From contig NC_043002.1 of assembly GCF_006345805.1 (NCBI RefSeq), forward strand, positions 63,550,001 to 63,614,000: a stretch of 64,000 bases of DNA, given 5' to 3'. This DNA is from Octopus sinensis (lineage: Eukaryota). Each line of letters starts with the position of its first letter. Within the stretch, counting starts at the first letter, position 1. The notes under the pieces were generated by a model. The model worked only from the letters and a program-made list of their open reading frames with translations. It was not told the DNA's origin and searched no databases. Made by a program: the position numbers and the translations under genes. This document shows, piece by piece, positions 1 to 13,581 of this stretch.

Positions 1-105
1 AAGATACCCGGTTTTGGTTAAACTGCACCGCAAAATGTGGGAGTAGTTAGGAATCTAAATCGTAGGAGACAGACACACAACCTCTCTTTTATATAAAATT
101 AGATA
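1..105 (+). mobile_element. 3' end of a possible Helitron/HINE-like non-autonomous element (truncated by window edge)
   Basis: GACAGACACACA microsatellite followed by terminal TTTTATATAAAATTAGAT, resembling the ends of Lep1/DINE-like elements; recognised by pattern only. Confidence 0.3.
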
Positions 106-149
106 AACTCAAAGAGCAACTAGAAAGTGAAAGTAGTATCTAACTTAGG

Positions 150-570
150 ATGTCTCATAGATAGTGGTGTCAATGGTGTTGGAGGTGGTAGATGTGGTTA
201 TCATGGCAGTGGTGGTGTAGTGGTGACAGTGGATGTGTATGATGGCAGCAATTATAGTGTTGGTGTTTTTGTAGAGGTGGTGGTGGTGGTGGCGGCGGCA
301 GTGGATGATAATGATAATGATGATGATAGTAGTAGTAGCATTGATTATGTTAGGATGTCTCATGGATGGTAGAGTTGAAGACATTGCAGAGTGTAGTGGT
401 GGTGAAATTGGTGATTTTGAATATGATGCTGGTATTGATCTTGGGGTTGTGGTTGCAGAAGATGGTTGTGGTGATGGCATTGGAGGTTGTAGTAATGGTT
501 GTAGTGGTGGTTGTGAAGATGATTCTGATATTGATAGTCTTTGCATTGAGGTGGTGGCAGAGTCAGAGTA
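150..570. repeat. degenerate (GGT/GAT/GTA)n trinucleotide low-complexity tract
   Basis: repeated ggtggt/gatgat/gtagta; explains the overlapping V/G/D/T-rich ORFs. Confidence 0.85.
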
Positions 571-1612
571 AATAATAAGAGCCCAGTTAACACAAGATTC
601 TTAAATTTCGGAGATCATAAGATAGAGAGCAAGAAGGTAAAAGTTCCAATACTGGCCCAATACCTACACCCCAGATTCTTCAACTATTTTATAAGAAAGG
701 GGTTAATGGCAGGATAGGGATTCAGCTTTAAAATAAATTGTATAACAAAAAATACATAAATAAATTACTGCTCCAACGATGTAATTTTAGTATGTGTGTG
801 TGTGTGTGTGTGTGTGTAAGCAATGCAAACAATGGAAAATAATTTAAACACTCATTTTCTGATGTCTAAGGATGGATATTTATGCGTATGAATCTTTTTC
901 TTTTTATTTTCTTTCAAATATAATTCTAGGGAACTGAAAAATCTGTGTACGATGCCAACCGAATTTACGATGAACGGATGTTTACGTTACAAACGAATCT
1001 GTAGGTATGTTTACATGTTTACGTTAACTACGTCACAAAATAGCTGTTTACGTCACAGTAACAATATTTTAAGAGGCAGTAAATAATATGAGGTCGAAAG
1101 AAAGAATACCATTGGTTAAAATTCGAATTATTAAACAACGTTAAACTTAGAAATTACAATTCCGTTTTCATTTTGGTTTACAATTATGTTTTCTTTTGAC
1201 ACATTTTACCAGTATACGAAGTTTCAAATTATTTAGTTAACTAGGAAAATATGGCCTTCAAACTGAAAAGATCCGAAGATTGCGTCAGTGGATTTTTGTC
1301 GAGAGCAACCATATATTTTGGTTTACCATGTGAAATTTTATGGAGACATTTATTTTGATTCATTATCAGATCATCAACAAGTTCTGAAACCTAAAAGCAC
1401 TAACAGTCTAATTGATGTAGTTAGCGTATATTTTGTCTAATTACTAACGAATTTACAGTTTGTTATGTATTTGTTAAATTTTCTGTTTGCTGAGATTTTA
1501 TTAAGTCTTTGAAACACATGAGCACGCTTTCATAAATACTATTCACCAAATTGACTCAAAAATTTTGGTCAGCACAAGATTATAAAAACAGACACTTACC
1601 CAAAGTGCTAGG

Positions 1613-1652
<40 letters not shown>

Positions 1653-1685
1653 CTCACACACACATATATATATATAATACAGTGT

Positions 1686-2030
1686 ACATTTAAACACATA
1701 AGGAATACACTCGTGGAATTCAACACGCTAGAAAGAACAGCTAGATTCTATAATCACAAAATTAGGGATAAAATTAGACAGGAACAAAATGAAAAAAAAA
1801 CCCTTTTATTTTTTTATTTTATTTTTTTTTCATTTCATTCCTCGAATTTTATCCCTAATTTTGTGGTTATAGAACCTTTCTACCATCTTGAATCCCACGA
1901 GTGGATTTCTTATGTGTTTAAATGTTCAGTGTATTTTATGAGTAATGCAGAGTCTTTGGACTAAATTTTTACACGTTAGGCCACTGGAAGTGAAAATTTC
2001 AGTTAATTTCCATTTCCCTTCGATATGATT
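1686..2030 (+). mobile_element. fold-back element (inverted arms ~1686-1800 and ~1820-1925 plus right extension) between CA/TA microsatellites
   Basis: acatttaaacacataagg...tcacaaaattagggataaaatt matches the reverse complement of aattttatccctaattttgtgg...cttatgtgtttaaatgt. Confidence 0.75.
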
Positions 2031-2059
2031 ATATATATATAGTCCGATAATTTCAAATT

Positions 2060-2268
2060 GTAACCCCGTTGAATCGTTAGCGATTTTCTTTTTCCGTCAT
2101 CCCTTCTTTTGGACTTTCCTCTATTTCTGAAGATGAGTTTGCTCGAAAAAATAAATCCTCTTTCTTTCCTTTCCTGACTGTCTGATAATACAGTACATGT
2201 ACCACGTCTTTGTGTTGTATTTTTTTCATGTTTTTTCTTCTTTGTTTGAATTCCCTAACATACATACA
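2060..2268 (+). mobile_element. short PLE pLTR-like element with minimal hammerhead-like motif (same family as 40993-41195)
   Basis: CTGAAGA(2127)-TGAG-TTT-GCTC-GAAA(2145); pyrimidine-rich body similar to 41.0-41.2 kb; flanked by (TA)n; cleavage-site region degenerate. Confidence 0.6.
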
Positions 2269-2269
2269 T

Positions 2270-2334
<65 letters not shown>

Positions 2335-2654
2335 TACATACACACACACATATATGCATACACACGCACATACATATATATATATGTCACCTTGTAATCC
2401 ATTCAGAACTTCTATTCAACGGCAGTCTTATGAATAGCTGACATGCCTATCATTTAGTGCAGAGTGTGTATGTAGAGACTTTTATCTTTGTTATTTATAA
2501 TGAGAATCGTCAGAAGATTGCAGTAGTAAAATTTTATGGTCACGTTGGTATTGGTTTATTGTCATGGTCGACAAGACACTAAGAGTCTTATTAAGGTAGT
2601 TAGCATATGGTTTGCCTCAAACTAATCACAAAGTGGCAATATAGCAATAAAAGA

Positions 2655-2855
2655 TATCGAGCAGGCAGAATCGTCAATGCGTCGGGTGAAATGCTAAGCA
2701 GTATTTCATCCGTGCTTATATTCTGTGTTCAAATTCCGTCCAGGTCGACTTTGCCATTCATCCTTTCGGGGTCGATGAAATAAGTACCAAATAAATACTG
2801 GGGTCGATGTAATCGACTTACCCTTCCCACGAAACAGATGGAATTTAAAACCAAT
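2655..2855 (+). mobile_element. tRNA-derived SINE family A (Meta-domain-like core)
   Basis: B-box-like GTTCAAATTCC and core gtcgactttgcc.ttcatcctttcggggtcgat.aaataagtacca; many copies in window. Confidence 0.85.
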
Positions 2856-3589
2856 GTAGCTACACTTTTTCACGCTCTTGTATTCAGAATGAGCCTTAAG
2901 CTAACTTAATTCAAGCCAAATTTCCTGTGATGACTCGTGGAAACATTCGACCCTGTTGCAGATTCAAAATATACCATATGTAGTTTTCCGTCATTATCAA
3001 GTGCTGTATATTTTTCCTTAGCTAGTTTTACCTCGTTCAGATTTATCCTGGGTGGAATCCCCACATATCCATTTACAATGTCACACAGCGAACCAAAGTT
3101 CTCATATCTTTTTATTTCACTTTTGTAACTCATATATCTCATTTAATTCAGCGCGTGTTTTGTATTTACATATAAATAAACGTATTTGCATATGCAAAGG
3201 TTGTTCTGAGCATCGTCAGCTGGTGGTGTCAGTCATTCGCATTGCTATGTTTAGGGTTCAAGGGCATCTGTGTGCATTTGCGTATATTGTCTGTCAATAT
3301 GTGTATATATTATACCTCATGTAGTGCATGAGTGTGACTGCGTTTATATATATGAAATATAATATATATTTAAATTAGAGAAAAACCAATATTATGGAAT
3401 TCAAACAATGATAGACATAAACCATATAGAAAAAATAAAATATATTATAAAACATATATCAAGATCACAAAAAAGTACAAAAATGGATAACCATTAAATA
3501 ATAAGTAAAAAGACTACGTACGTTTGGTGGCTATAACTCCAATTCGAATTGCAATTAAATTTAAATTTAATCCAATTATATATATATAT

Positions 3590-3641
<52 letters not shown>

Positions 3642-3780
3642 ATGTATAAATATACAGATGATGAGCATGTGATGTTTGCGTGTGTGCTAGTGTAAATATA
3701 TACATATATATTTATAATTATATATATATATGTATTATATATATATATATAATATATATATATATATATAATATATATAT

Positions 3781-3821
<41 letters not shown>

Positions 3822-3823
<2 letters not shown>

Positions 3824-4080
3824 CTGTTCTATAGTTTAGAGATGAGGCGTTCTGTACATATTTACAATATTTGCATTGGACAGATGTATCCTCATCTTCT
3901 TTGTTGTTACCACAAAGTTTCGGTTGATTTATTCTCAGTCTTCATCATAGATCCTGGTGAAATTTCGATCCCGGCTTTGGGTGCACGTTCCTAAGGTATT
4001 TTTTGCTGATGCTTCCATCATCATCGAAGGCACTGCATGAAACTGAACTCGGAATCTTAGGGTTAGAGGCCCGCGCCCTT
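3822..4080 (-). mobile_element. degenerate copy of the tRNA-head + hammerhead-pLTR element (family of 37052-37578)
   Basis: minus strand reads truncated tRNA head (aagggcgcgggc...gagttcagtttc), aaaaataccttagg body, degenerate core (a)TGATGA..GAAAC, and the same 3' end tatagaacagtatc. Confidence 0.75.
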
Positions 4081-4091
4081 ATATTTATTTA

Positions 4092-4318
4092 TATATCCCA
4101 TCAACTTTAAACAGAGTCTGGATAGATTCCTTCAACGAATACCAGATAAGCCACCCATAATTGGATACAACTCACCCAACAAGAACTCACTACTTGAACA
4201 AAACTTAACTTAAACAAAACTTGACTTAAACAGGATTCGAATAATCCTATCAGGTGGTGCTATTAAGTTAGACATGGCCTGGACCAATCTTTGGTCGAAA
4301 CATATCTAAGTTTATCTA

Positions 4319-4326
<8 letters not shown>
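4092..4326 (+). mobile_element. CR1/L2-group LINE 3' end fragment
   Basis: translates YPINFKQSLDRFLQRIPDKPPIIGYNSPNKNSLLE*, typical of CR1-like ORF2 C-termini; 3' hairpin gacca..tggtc and tandem tail (ctaagtttat)x2. Confidence 0.7.
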
Positions 4327-4353
<27 letters not shown>

Positions 4354-4355
<2 letters not shown>

Positions 4356-4742
4356 AAAAAGTCATAGTAGAGATTGCTAAAATAATTTTATGAAAAACAT
4401 CTTACTACCAGCTTCGGCCATTGAGACTTTTTTCTATTCTAAGTACGGAAAAGAATTAAATTTGGGAAAAATTTAATGCAAAGATTTTTAAAATAATATT
4501 TGCATAGTATTCAAATACAAGGGGCATTTTCCTTGTTTCTGTCTCTCTTCTTTAGTCTTGTTGGTACCACCATGAACCCACACGAGTAAACAAGAGAGAT
4601 AGAGACAGACAGGAACTTTTCATTTAATTTTTCACAAATTAATTGTTTTCAACACTTAGAGTTGAAAATGTCTCAGTGACCGAAACCGTTACTAAAATGT
4701 TTTTCGTTATATTATTTTAGCATTTCCTCCTTGACATTTTCC
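4354..4742. mobile_element. diverged fold-back (palindromic) element in (TA)n; second copy 5090-5480
   Basis: ggaaaaagtca..tgctaaaataat..gaaaaacat pairs with atgtttttc..attattttagca..tgacattttcc; partial hammerhead-like tail gaccGAAACcgtta. Confidence 0.75.
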
Positions 4743-5797
4743 ATATATATCAACTAGTATGTTCCTTTTCAAACTTATATACATACATATATATATATAT
4801 ATATATATGAATGTATATGTGTGTGTGTATACACGTATGGATTGATGAATAGGTAGACAGAGATATAGATAGATAAAATATTGCATAACAGCTTGTATAT
4901 ACAGAAATTTATAATAGTGCAAATAGAAGGTACTGGATCCTTAAAATGTAGTGTTAGGAATCATATATATACATGTGTATATAAACACACACAAACATAT
5001 ATATATATACATATATATATATGTGTGTGTGTGTGTAAGTATTTATCTAGGTTTCTATGTATATATATATATAATATATATATATATATGGAAAAAGTCA
5101 TAGTAGAGATTGCTAAAATAATTTTATGAAAAACATCTTACTACCAGCTTCGGCCATTGAGACTTTTTTCTATTCTAAGTACGGAAAAGAATTAAATTTG
5201 GGAAAAATTTAATGCAAAGATTTTTAAAATAATATTTGCATAGTATTCAAATACAAGGGGCATTTTCCTTGTTTCTGTCTCTCTTCTTTAGTCTTGTTGG
5301 TACCACCATGAACCCACACGAGTAAACAAGAGAGATAGAGACAGACAGGAACTTTTCATTTAATTTTTCACAAATTTAATTGTTTTCAACACTTAGAGTT
5401 GAAAATGTCTCAGTGACCGAAACCGTTACTAAAATGTTTTTCGTTATATTATTTTAGCATTTCCTCCCTTGACATTTTCCATATATATCAACTAGTATGT
5501 TCCTTTTCAAACTTATATACATACATATATATATATATATATATATGAATGTATATGTGTGTGTGTATACACGTATGGATTGATGAATAGGTAGACAGAG
5601 ATATAGATAGATAAAATATTGCATAACAGCTTGTATATACAGAAATTTATAATAGTGCAAATAGAAGGTACTGGATCCTTTAAAATGTAGTGTTAGGAAT
5701 CATATATATACATGTGTATATAAACACACACAAACATATATATATATACATATATATATATGTGTGTGTGTGTAAGTATTTATCTAGGTTTCTATGT
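4354..5797 (+). repeat. near-perfect tandem duplication, period ~736 bp
   Basis: 4354-5060 repeated at 5090-5797; the differences I could see are single-base homopolymer indels. Confidence 0.95.
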
Positions 5798-6619
5798 ATA
5801 TATATATATACATATAAATACATAAGTACATATATACGTGTGTGTGTGTATGTGTGCATGTAACTACGTCTGTATGCATTATCTAAGTAGATCGATAGCT
5901 GGTTTACTACTCGAACAATGGTACGAAACACTCCCCCCCCCTACTTAAGACGCCTACACGTGTTCACTTATGACTACTTCTCCCCTGCACACACCATTCC
6001 TGTTAAAGACCAACACAATTGATATTGTAGAACGTAACACAATCAACATTAATAGTTACACAATGATTGACAACCGAGAGAGACATAAGCACAGTTTCGC
6101 AAAAAGACAGTTGCAGTAAACAAAACAAATTCACAAAGGCTTTGGGGACACAAAAAAATAACAAACACTGTTATACATAACGTTGATAGTAATACTCAAC
6201 TATATATGCTAATTTATGTGGAGGGGGTGAGGGGTACGCTCGTGTCTGTGTCTCTGCTGGTGTTTGTCCTCCGCTATCGTTTGACAATCGCAATTGCTTT
6301 TTCTCATTTTCAATGCGATAGCGGTTCAACAAAAGAGCTCAATTTAATATATACAGACTTAAAAGTGTAAACTATAGTTGTTTTGCTCTATTAAACTTTA
6401 GCCAGTTGCCTCTCGTGGATGCAGTCTAATGAGTTAAGTAAAGGATAGATATAAATCTATACTTAAGGAAACGATCAACACGTATATTTCTGCAATCGTT
6501 TGCTGAACAACTGCACAGAAAATTCGCTTAAAGTGACTAACTGTTTCTGCTTCTGTTTATCTCACTTCTTCCAACTTACCTGCGCAGGTGCCCGATCTGT
6601 CCAACGTCAAATGTCGGAG

Positions 6620-6715
6620 TGATCGGAGATAAACATGACGCCCTGTCCGGGAATCGAACTCACGAAAATGCGAACGTGAATGCAACACCCTAGCTACAAG
6701 GGTCACGCGCCTTCG
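6620..6715 (-). mobile_element. degenerate tRNA-derived SINE head
   Basis: minus strand gaaggcgcgtg...gtgagttcgattcccggacaggg (B box GTTCGATTCC). Confidence 0.55.
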
Positions 6716-6805
6716 AAAAGGATGGCAGAATAACAAACTTCTTTTTCCTTAAGTACAATAATCCAATGTAACCGATGGAGCAGAAGCAACAATAATAGAG
6801 CTTAT

Positions 6806-7020
6806 GTAAGGCGGCGAGCTGGCAGAAACGTTAGCACGCCGGGTGAAATGCTTAGTGGTATTTCGTCTGTCTTTATGTTCTGAGTTGAAATTCTGCCGTG
6901 GTCGACTTTGCCTTTGACCTTTTCGCGGTTGATACATTAAGTACCAGCTGTGTACTGGCTCAATCTAATCGACTGCCCCCCTCCCACCAAATCTTGGGCC
7001 TTGTGCGTACAGTAGAAAAG
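6806..7020 (+). mobile_element. SINE family A, full length with TSD
   Basis: ggcggcgagctggcagaaacgttagc head and core; flanked by aataatagagcttat (6791-6805) and aataacagagcttat (7021-7035). Confidence 0.9.
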
Positions 7021-7977
7021 AATAACAGAGCTTATCTATAATAGGTACGCCAATAAGAACAATGACACGTTCATTTCTAGGGCATATTTTCTCCCTATAT
7101 CTAGCGATCGAATTACATAGCCCTTCCAGATTTATGTTATATATGTCTTCTGTAAACGAATATAATTCGCAAATGTATAATTAGGAGAGATAAAATTGTA
7201 AATTATCCAATCGAAGACACGGGAGTGGACGAAGTGTTTTCCAATGATATTTTGTATCAAGCAAGAGGGAATAAAATGTTTGCACATTTGAGGCCTCGTC
7301 AACTTCACTGAAATTTAGGGAAGAACTACGTCATCTTTATCATTTTTATCATTATCATTATTTTAACCTTTATGGGTTACTGCTCTTCAAAAGATCACTA
7401 TTCTCTACGTGTAACAACTATTAAATTAGAATATCGTTGTTGCTGTTTGGGAGGATAAACACGCTTAGATATCCCTCCCATGTGAATTCCAATAGAGAAG
7501 AACTGAATATCAATTGTTAAAATGTTTATATACAAGGTGTTGATAGCATATGGCAATAAACAGGAAATTCCCTGAGCCTTCTGATATCAAAGGATTGCTG
7601 GAACTTAAAATTATAGTATGAAACAGCTGGATATAGTATATATGTGAAGCATCGTGGATCACTTAAGGGTTTATGTTCCATTGAAAAACAATAACAAAGA
7701 TATATAGTATTAACAGCGATAAAATAAAACCTAAATATCCATGTTGATAGCGATAAATGTGACACATCAGTAGTAACCCCCATTCTTATAATATAAAAAG
7801 ATTATCATCGATGGAACATTTATGTAGCTGCTAACCTGCGACATACACAGAAATGTTCATTACATCACATTCTACCGCCTTAGAAATGTTAGGCTTACTT
7901 TCCATAACGCAAGTAGTTGGGAGAGTTGTGTACATGCGATGAAATAGCTTACGATAAGAAGGCTTGAGATAATCAAA

Positions 7978-8092
7978 TTACGATAGAATAAGTACTAGGC
8001 TTACAAATAACCTCCTGGTGTCGATTTGCTCGACTAAAGGTGGTGCTCCAGCATGGCCACAGTCAAATGACTCAAACAAGTAAAAGAGTATA
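7978..8092 (+). mobile_element. SINE family B 3' fragment
   Basis: cgatagaataagtactaggcttac...ccagcatggccacagtcaaatgact..aagtaaaagagta. Confidence 0.85.
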
Positions 8093-9357
8093 TATAAATA
8101 TCTAAAATATACTCCTCCAGTTTTATCACAGTCAGTAATCATAGGTGAGCTTAGCGGAAAACATTCTACTACAAGAAGAAGCTTTGTCACCCAATTTTGA
8201 GAAAGAAAAAGATATTGGTATTCTGTTTCTAAATATGGCAAGAAATGGATAGCAGATCCTTCTTTCATTCCCTCCCGCCAAAGTCGAGCCGCATAAATGG
8301 ATAAGAAAGCTGACATTCTGAGCATTTTACATAGCTTTAATCGAAGATCAACGATCGTGTTCGTCCTTTTCAATTGCACCAATTCTCGCTGTCTTTATAA
8401 AAACAAAAATCTACTACAAAAGCATCAGAACATGCCAAAAACAAAATGTACTGAACCGTTTCATAACCAAGTGTGTAAGCTTTGTATATAATGCAATGCT
8501 AATTGCGTTTCAGGCTACAAAACTCTGGCTTTTCTAAAGATTATCACACAACCTATTGATTAGTGTATCTACAATATTTATCTATAATTTAGCTGATATT
8601 TGCTTTTACATTTAGTGTCTCTCGGTCATCTTTTTTTATCGTTTCTATCTACTGTTTTACTACAAAATTATATATTTATGTTTACATGTAGAAATATGCT
8701 TAGATTTTATAATATTTCTCACTTATAGAAGGATAGAGCAGAGTTTAATACTATGTTTTAGACAAGAAACCATTTACTTCGGCGACGAAGAGACGGCAAA
8801 TTAAAAACGGAAATGATAAGGAAAGAAAGAAGTGGAGATGATAGGAAAACATGTCAGAACTCGGAAATTGGTGAGACCAAGCAGAAAACGACATTCGTCT
8901 ATGTATGCATAGACACATTCGTACACATACATACATAAACACACATAATATATATGCATGCATGTATGTATGTATGTGCGTATATATGTATGTAAGCAGA
9001 TATATTTAAGAAAAGCAAATGGTAAAGGAAGAGCGAAAGAAAAAAAGTACATTTCGCTGCATGTTTTGACAGCAACATAACACAGCATTGAGCAAACGAC
9101 CAAATATTCGTAAAGTACATTTACTAAAGAGTATTCGAGCGAATTCAACCGTGAGAAAGGAAGAGACAACACCAGAAATAAGGAATAAAACTAGAAGAAT
9201 CAGAAAATGAAGCAGCTTTCTGCAAATGTATTATGAGACAGTGGAGAAGAAACGGGGAAAAACAGAGAGAAATTAGTTGAGTGAGAAATAACGAAGTAAC
9301 ATGGAAGTGTAGAAGAAACAAATGAGACGAGTAGAATATAGCGAGGGAAAGAATAGT

Positions 9358-9408
<51 letters not shown>

Positions 9409-9416
9409 TATATATA

Positions 9417-9478
<62 letters not shown>

Positions 9479-11439
9479 ATATATATGTACATATATTTAT
9501 AAAATATATACATATATACACATATATATAAACATGTATACATATATATATATATATATATGTATGTATATATATATAGACATATATATAGTATATACAT
9601 ACGTATGTATATATATATATGCATGTATGAATATGTATATATATATGTATGTGTATATATGTGCGTGTGTACGTACATACACACATGCTTATATATGTAT
9701 ATTTACATCGAGAGAGAAAGAGAGAGGTTGGGAAAATGTATGTAAGTATAGAACATGCTGATATATTGAACAAAAATAGGCAGTTATAAGCAGAAATGGA
9801 AAGACATAGAAATTGATGCAGACACACAAACCGAAATATTTCTGCGTACATTGCAATGACGTACTCTGGAAATATTTACAACGGCGAGACTGGTTGGTTT
9901 AGTTACATTTTCTGATGTCATTGAAATGGAATGTGTCCGAAAGAATTGATGTTATTTGACAGTTAAATGTGGAAAAACTGTTTTCTAATCAAAAGTTTTT
10001 TGTATTCGTCGTCTCTAAATTATCCCTGTTTCACACGGTGAGTATGGAAATGAATGTATACGTGTTGACGTCTTTCATGAATAGAATCTGTGAACAACGA
10101 TAGTGTGACCAGAGAATATTATATGAAGCTAAAGAAGATGAAGCTGTTGGAGTTTTCTTCTTAAACTATAAAAAGTAACTCAAAATGCATTTGTGTACCA
10201 ACATTTATGATGCTTGTCTGGTCTGCTGAGGATATCCGCTCCGATTGCTTTCGAATGTATATGGTCCAGAAAACCACTGCACACTTCTACAATAATAGAG
10301 ATGCAGAAATGTTCTATCAGTGAAGCAAAGATTCAGAAGGTTTGAAGGTCATACACTATCATTCGAACTGCATCTGGGAAACGACAGCAATACTAAATAC
10401 AGAAACAGGTAATCAAAAGTGAAGTGATAAACATCTTACGGGCAGCTAATAGTCTTCACAAGGTGTACTCTCTACACAAAGATACTTAATTTGCAGGACT
10501 AGTATACCACACCTTGGAGAGAATTAGCCTTTTTACAGGAGAAATTATGTATAATGCATGTTTCCTATACGCTTCAACATGATCATATATTTAACATAAA
10601 AGGTAAACCAACATGAATTTATTACCCATGGGTCATGGTATATGTTAAAGATTATCCTTTTGCAATCCAAGATTATTATGATATACTTAACAAACAAAAG
10701 CGACAGAAGAGTATTTTAACCGTCGACCTACAACCAAAAATGTAGTTAGGCCATATTACAAATGAAATTGTAGTTATACCCAAACGTTGTGCAAGTACCG
10801 TTTATTTTATTTTTGATATAGAATATATAAAGTTTGGCGCAGAACAAGTCTAGGTAATTCTCCTATTAACGAATACATACATGCACTCCAGCAGAGAAAG
10901 TTATTGTGGAACTGTCGCATAAAGATTTCGTCCGATAGCAAACATAACTGTTCTGGTCTCTTTCTTTCAGAGAGAAATGAAAACAAACATGCACTGTCGT
11001 AGATGACAGGCGGCCTTGAAATGTAAAATTCTTTTTATAACTTCAGAAGCCGTGAATTTATTGACAACAGCTTCGAAAATTGCAGCTTCTCCCATCTCAT
11101 TGTGAATTCATTTTTGCATCAATAGTTATTAGTGCACCTGTATCTATTGATATATCTTTGAGTAACAATCTGGGAAAGCAAAGATTTTCAGGCAAAGAAA
11201 ACAACTACTTTCAGCAACCATACAAATAACATTTGTATGTTGAAAAGTAAAGTGATTTGATGCTTTCCTAAAGTTCAACGTATAGTAAAAAAATGTTTAT
11301 TTCTTTGTTTGAAATGGAATGGAAAAAAATTAATATGCGAAACATACATAGAGAAGAAGAAAAGAGTAATTTTGAAGTTAAATAGGATATCAATGAACAT
11401 ATAGAATGTTTATTAGGCGTATATATATATATACATAAC

Positions 11440-11902
11440 AAGCATACGTATGAATTTGTGTTGTTTGTTAAGAATGACGCTTCCCAACCTCTTGATCCGG
11501 GTTCAGTTTTCTTCCATGGTTTCAGAATCAAGGGACTTGTACTACAACCTCTTGCCGACCAAAGCCTCGATAATGAGTTTGAGACATGGAAACTGAGAGA
11601 ATCCCGTTGTACATATATATATATATGTGTGAGTGTGTGTGTGTGTGTGTGTGAATGTGTGTATTTGTGTATGTGTGTCTTCGCGTCTGTGTTTGTACCC
11701 CATTACCACTTGACAACCGGTGTTGGTCTCTTTACCTTTCCGTAACTTACCGGTTCCGCAAAAGACACAAATAAAACGAGTAGTAGCCTTAGAATATAAA
11801 TAAATACTGGGATCGATTCGTTCCATAAAAATTCTTCAAGATGGCGCCTTAGCATAGCTACAGTCTAACGACTAACACAAGTGAGAGAGCAAAGAATAAA
11901 AG
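11440..11902 (+). mobile_element. SINE family B (tRNA head, CORE-like, internal TA/TG microsatellite), diverged
   Basis: ccgggttcagt head; gccgaccaaagcct; ttgacaaccggtgttggt; cagtctaacgactaa tail. Confidence 0.8.
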
Positions 11903-11945
11903 ATATATATGTCTGCTTATGTATGCATGCATGTTTGTATGTATA

Positions 11946-12015
<70 letters not shown>

Positions 12016-12049
12016 TGCATATATATATATACACATACATATATATATA

Positions 12050-12081
<32 letters not shown>

Positions 12082-12085
12082 TATC

Positions 12086-12122
<37 letters not shown>

Positions 12123-13248
12123 AAGTGTGTGTGTGTGTGTGTATGTATATATGTATGCGCGTTAATATAGGTAGTTTCTCAGGATCGCCAGAAGAATGAA
12201 TAAAATTATCACAAGAACATTTTCAAAAAATAGCAAGCTAGACTTCGGACTTGTAGCAAAAACTTTGTCGGAATATTACTTTAGATTGTACTATGAACTG
12301 GGAGTCATCGTAAACAACTAGGACCCCAAAACTACTAGCAATTTGAGTAACTAACTACAAAGGTTGAAAAATGTGTATAGTAAAAAATATACCAATAAAA
12401 TTAGTATTATATTCACGAAATACAGATCCATGGATAAACTCATTTGGCGGAGCTAAGTCGATTAGCTATGAATTCTAAATTGTAACCATCGTGCTGGTGA
12501 GACGTATATGAATGCATATAGAAAAGTAGGCATATAGAGAGTATTGTAATTTCATTTGCGAAAGTCAAATTTTTTTGCGGTATTGATTTTTTATCGAACA
12601 ATAAATATATAACATTTCTAAACTTCAAAAACTTTTCAATACATACATTTCCTTTAAGGAAACCGAAGTCTATATTAGACAGTGGAAATATATACGATCC
12701 GTATGTGTACTTCTTACGAGATTCTGTAAGGTTTAAACAACTGTGTATGGAAACGTAGACACGACACTCCACTTGAAATTATATGAAATATATAAAAGAA
12801 AGCTAAAGCATATACAGAAAAAGTGTGTCAAATTTGACTGGCAGAAGCATCATAAATATTTATGGCTACAGATCCTCTACTCAATAAAATTTCAGTAACA
12901 ATATCGTTGTGTAACAATAAGCTTATGTCTACATTAATAAATAATTTTTATACGATCGTATAAACTGTTTTCCTCTAAACATCACTGAAATCCTCTTTGA
13001 ATGCCGTATGTGTCGTACTAGAATAATAAGCAAACAAATTGAGATAAGAATTTAATACTACTGCTTTGAACTCGGCTGCACTTGTAGCAAAAATGTAATA
13101 ATGTTACATAATATGACACATATTTTTAAACGCTACACTAAGGAATATGTATGACTTGTGAAGAGATACATACATACATACATACATACATACATACATA
13201 CATACATACACACACGCACATACACACATGCACACACACACACACACA

Positions 13249-13319
<71 letters not shown>

Positions 13320-13320
<1 letters not shown>

Positions 13321-13482
13321 TTTGTTCCTTTAAGTTTCTGTCTACAAAATACACTCAGAAAGCTTTGGTCGGTCCTAGGCTATAGTAGAAGGAACTTTGT
13401 CAAGGCGCCAGGCAGTGGGATTGAACCTGGAACGAAGTGGTTGTTAAGCAGGTTACTTACCACACAGCTTCTCCTGTGCCTA
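13320..13482 (-). mobile_element. SINE family B 5' half
   Basis: reverse complement of ggagaagctgtgtggtaagtaacctgct...gttcaatcccactgcc. Confidence 0.8.
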
Positions 13483-13523
13483 TATATATATATGTGTGTA
13501 TATATAAATAAATATATACATAC

Positions 13524-13581
<58 letters not shown>

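Noticed and set aside
2906-3142. 78-aa non-repetitive minus-strand ORF
   Set aside because: No recognisable domain or splice signals; neighbouring frames faintly resemble an RTE LINE C-terminus (DMRTLVRCVTL), so it is more likely a TE fossil.
7978-8100. Recurring peptide FDCGHAGAPPLVEQID in several ORFs, suggesting a gene family
   Set aside because: It is the antisense translation of the SINE family B 3' tail.
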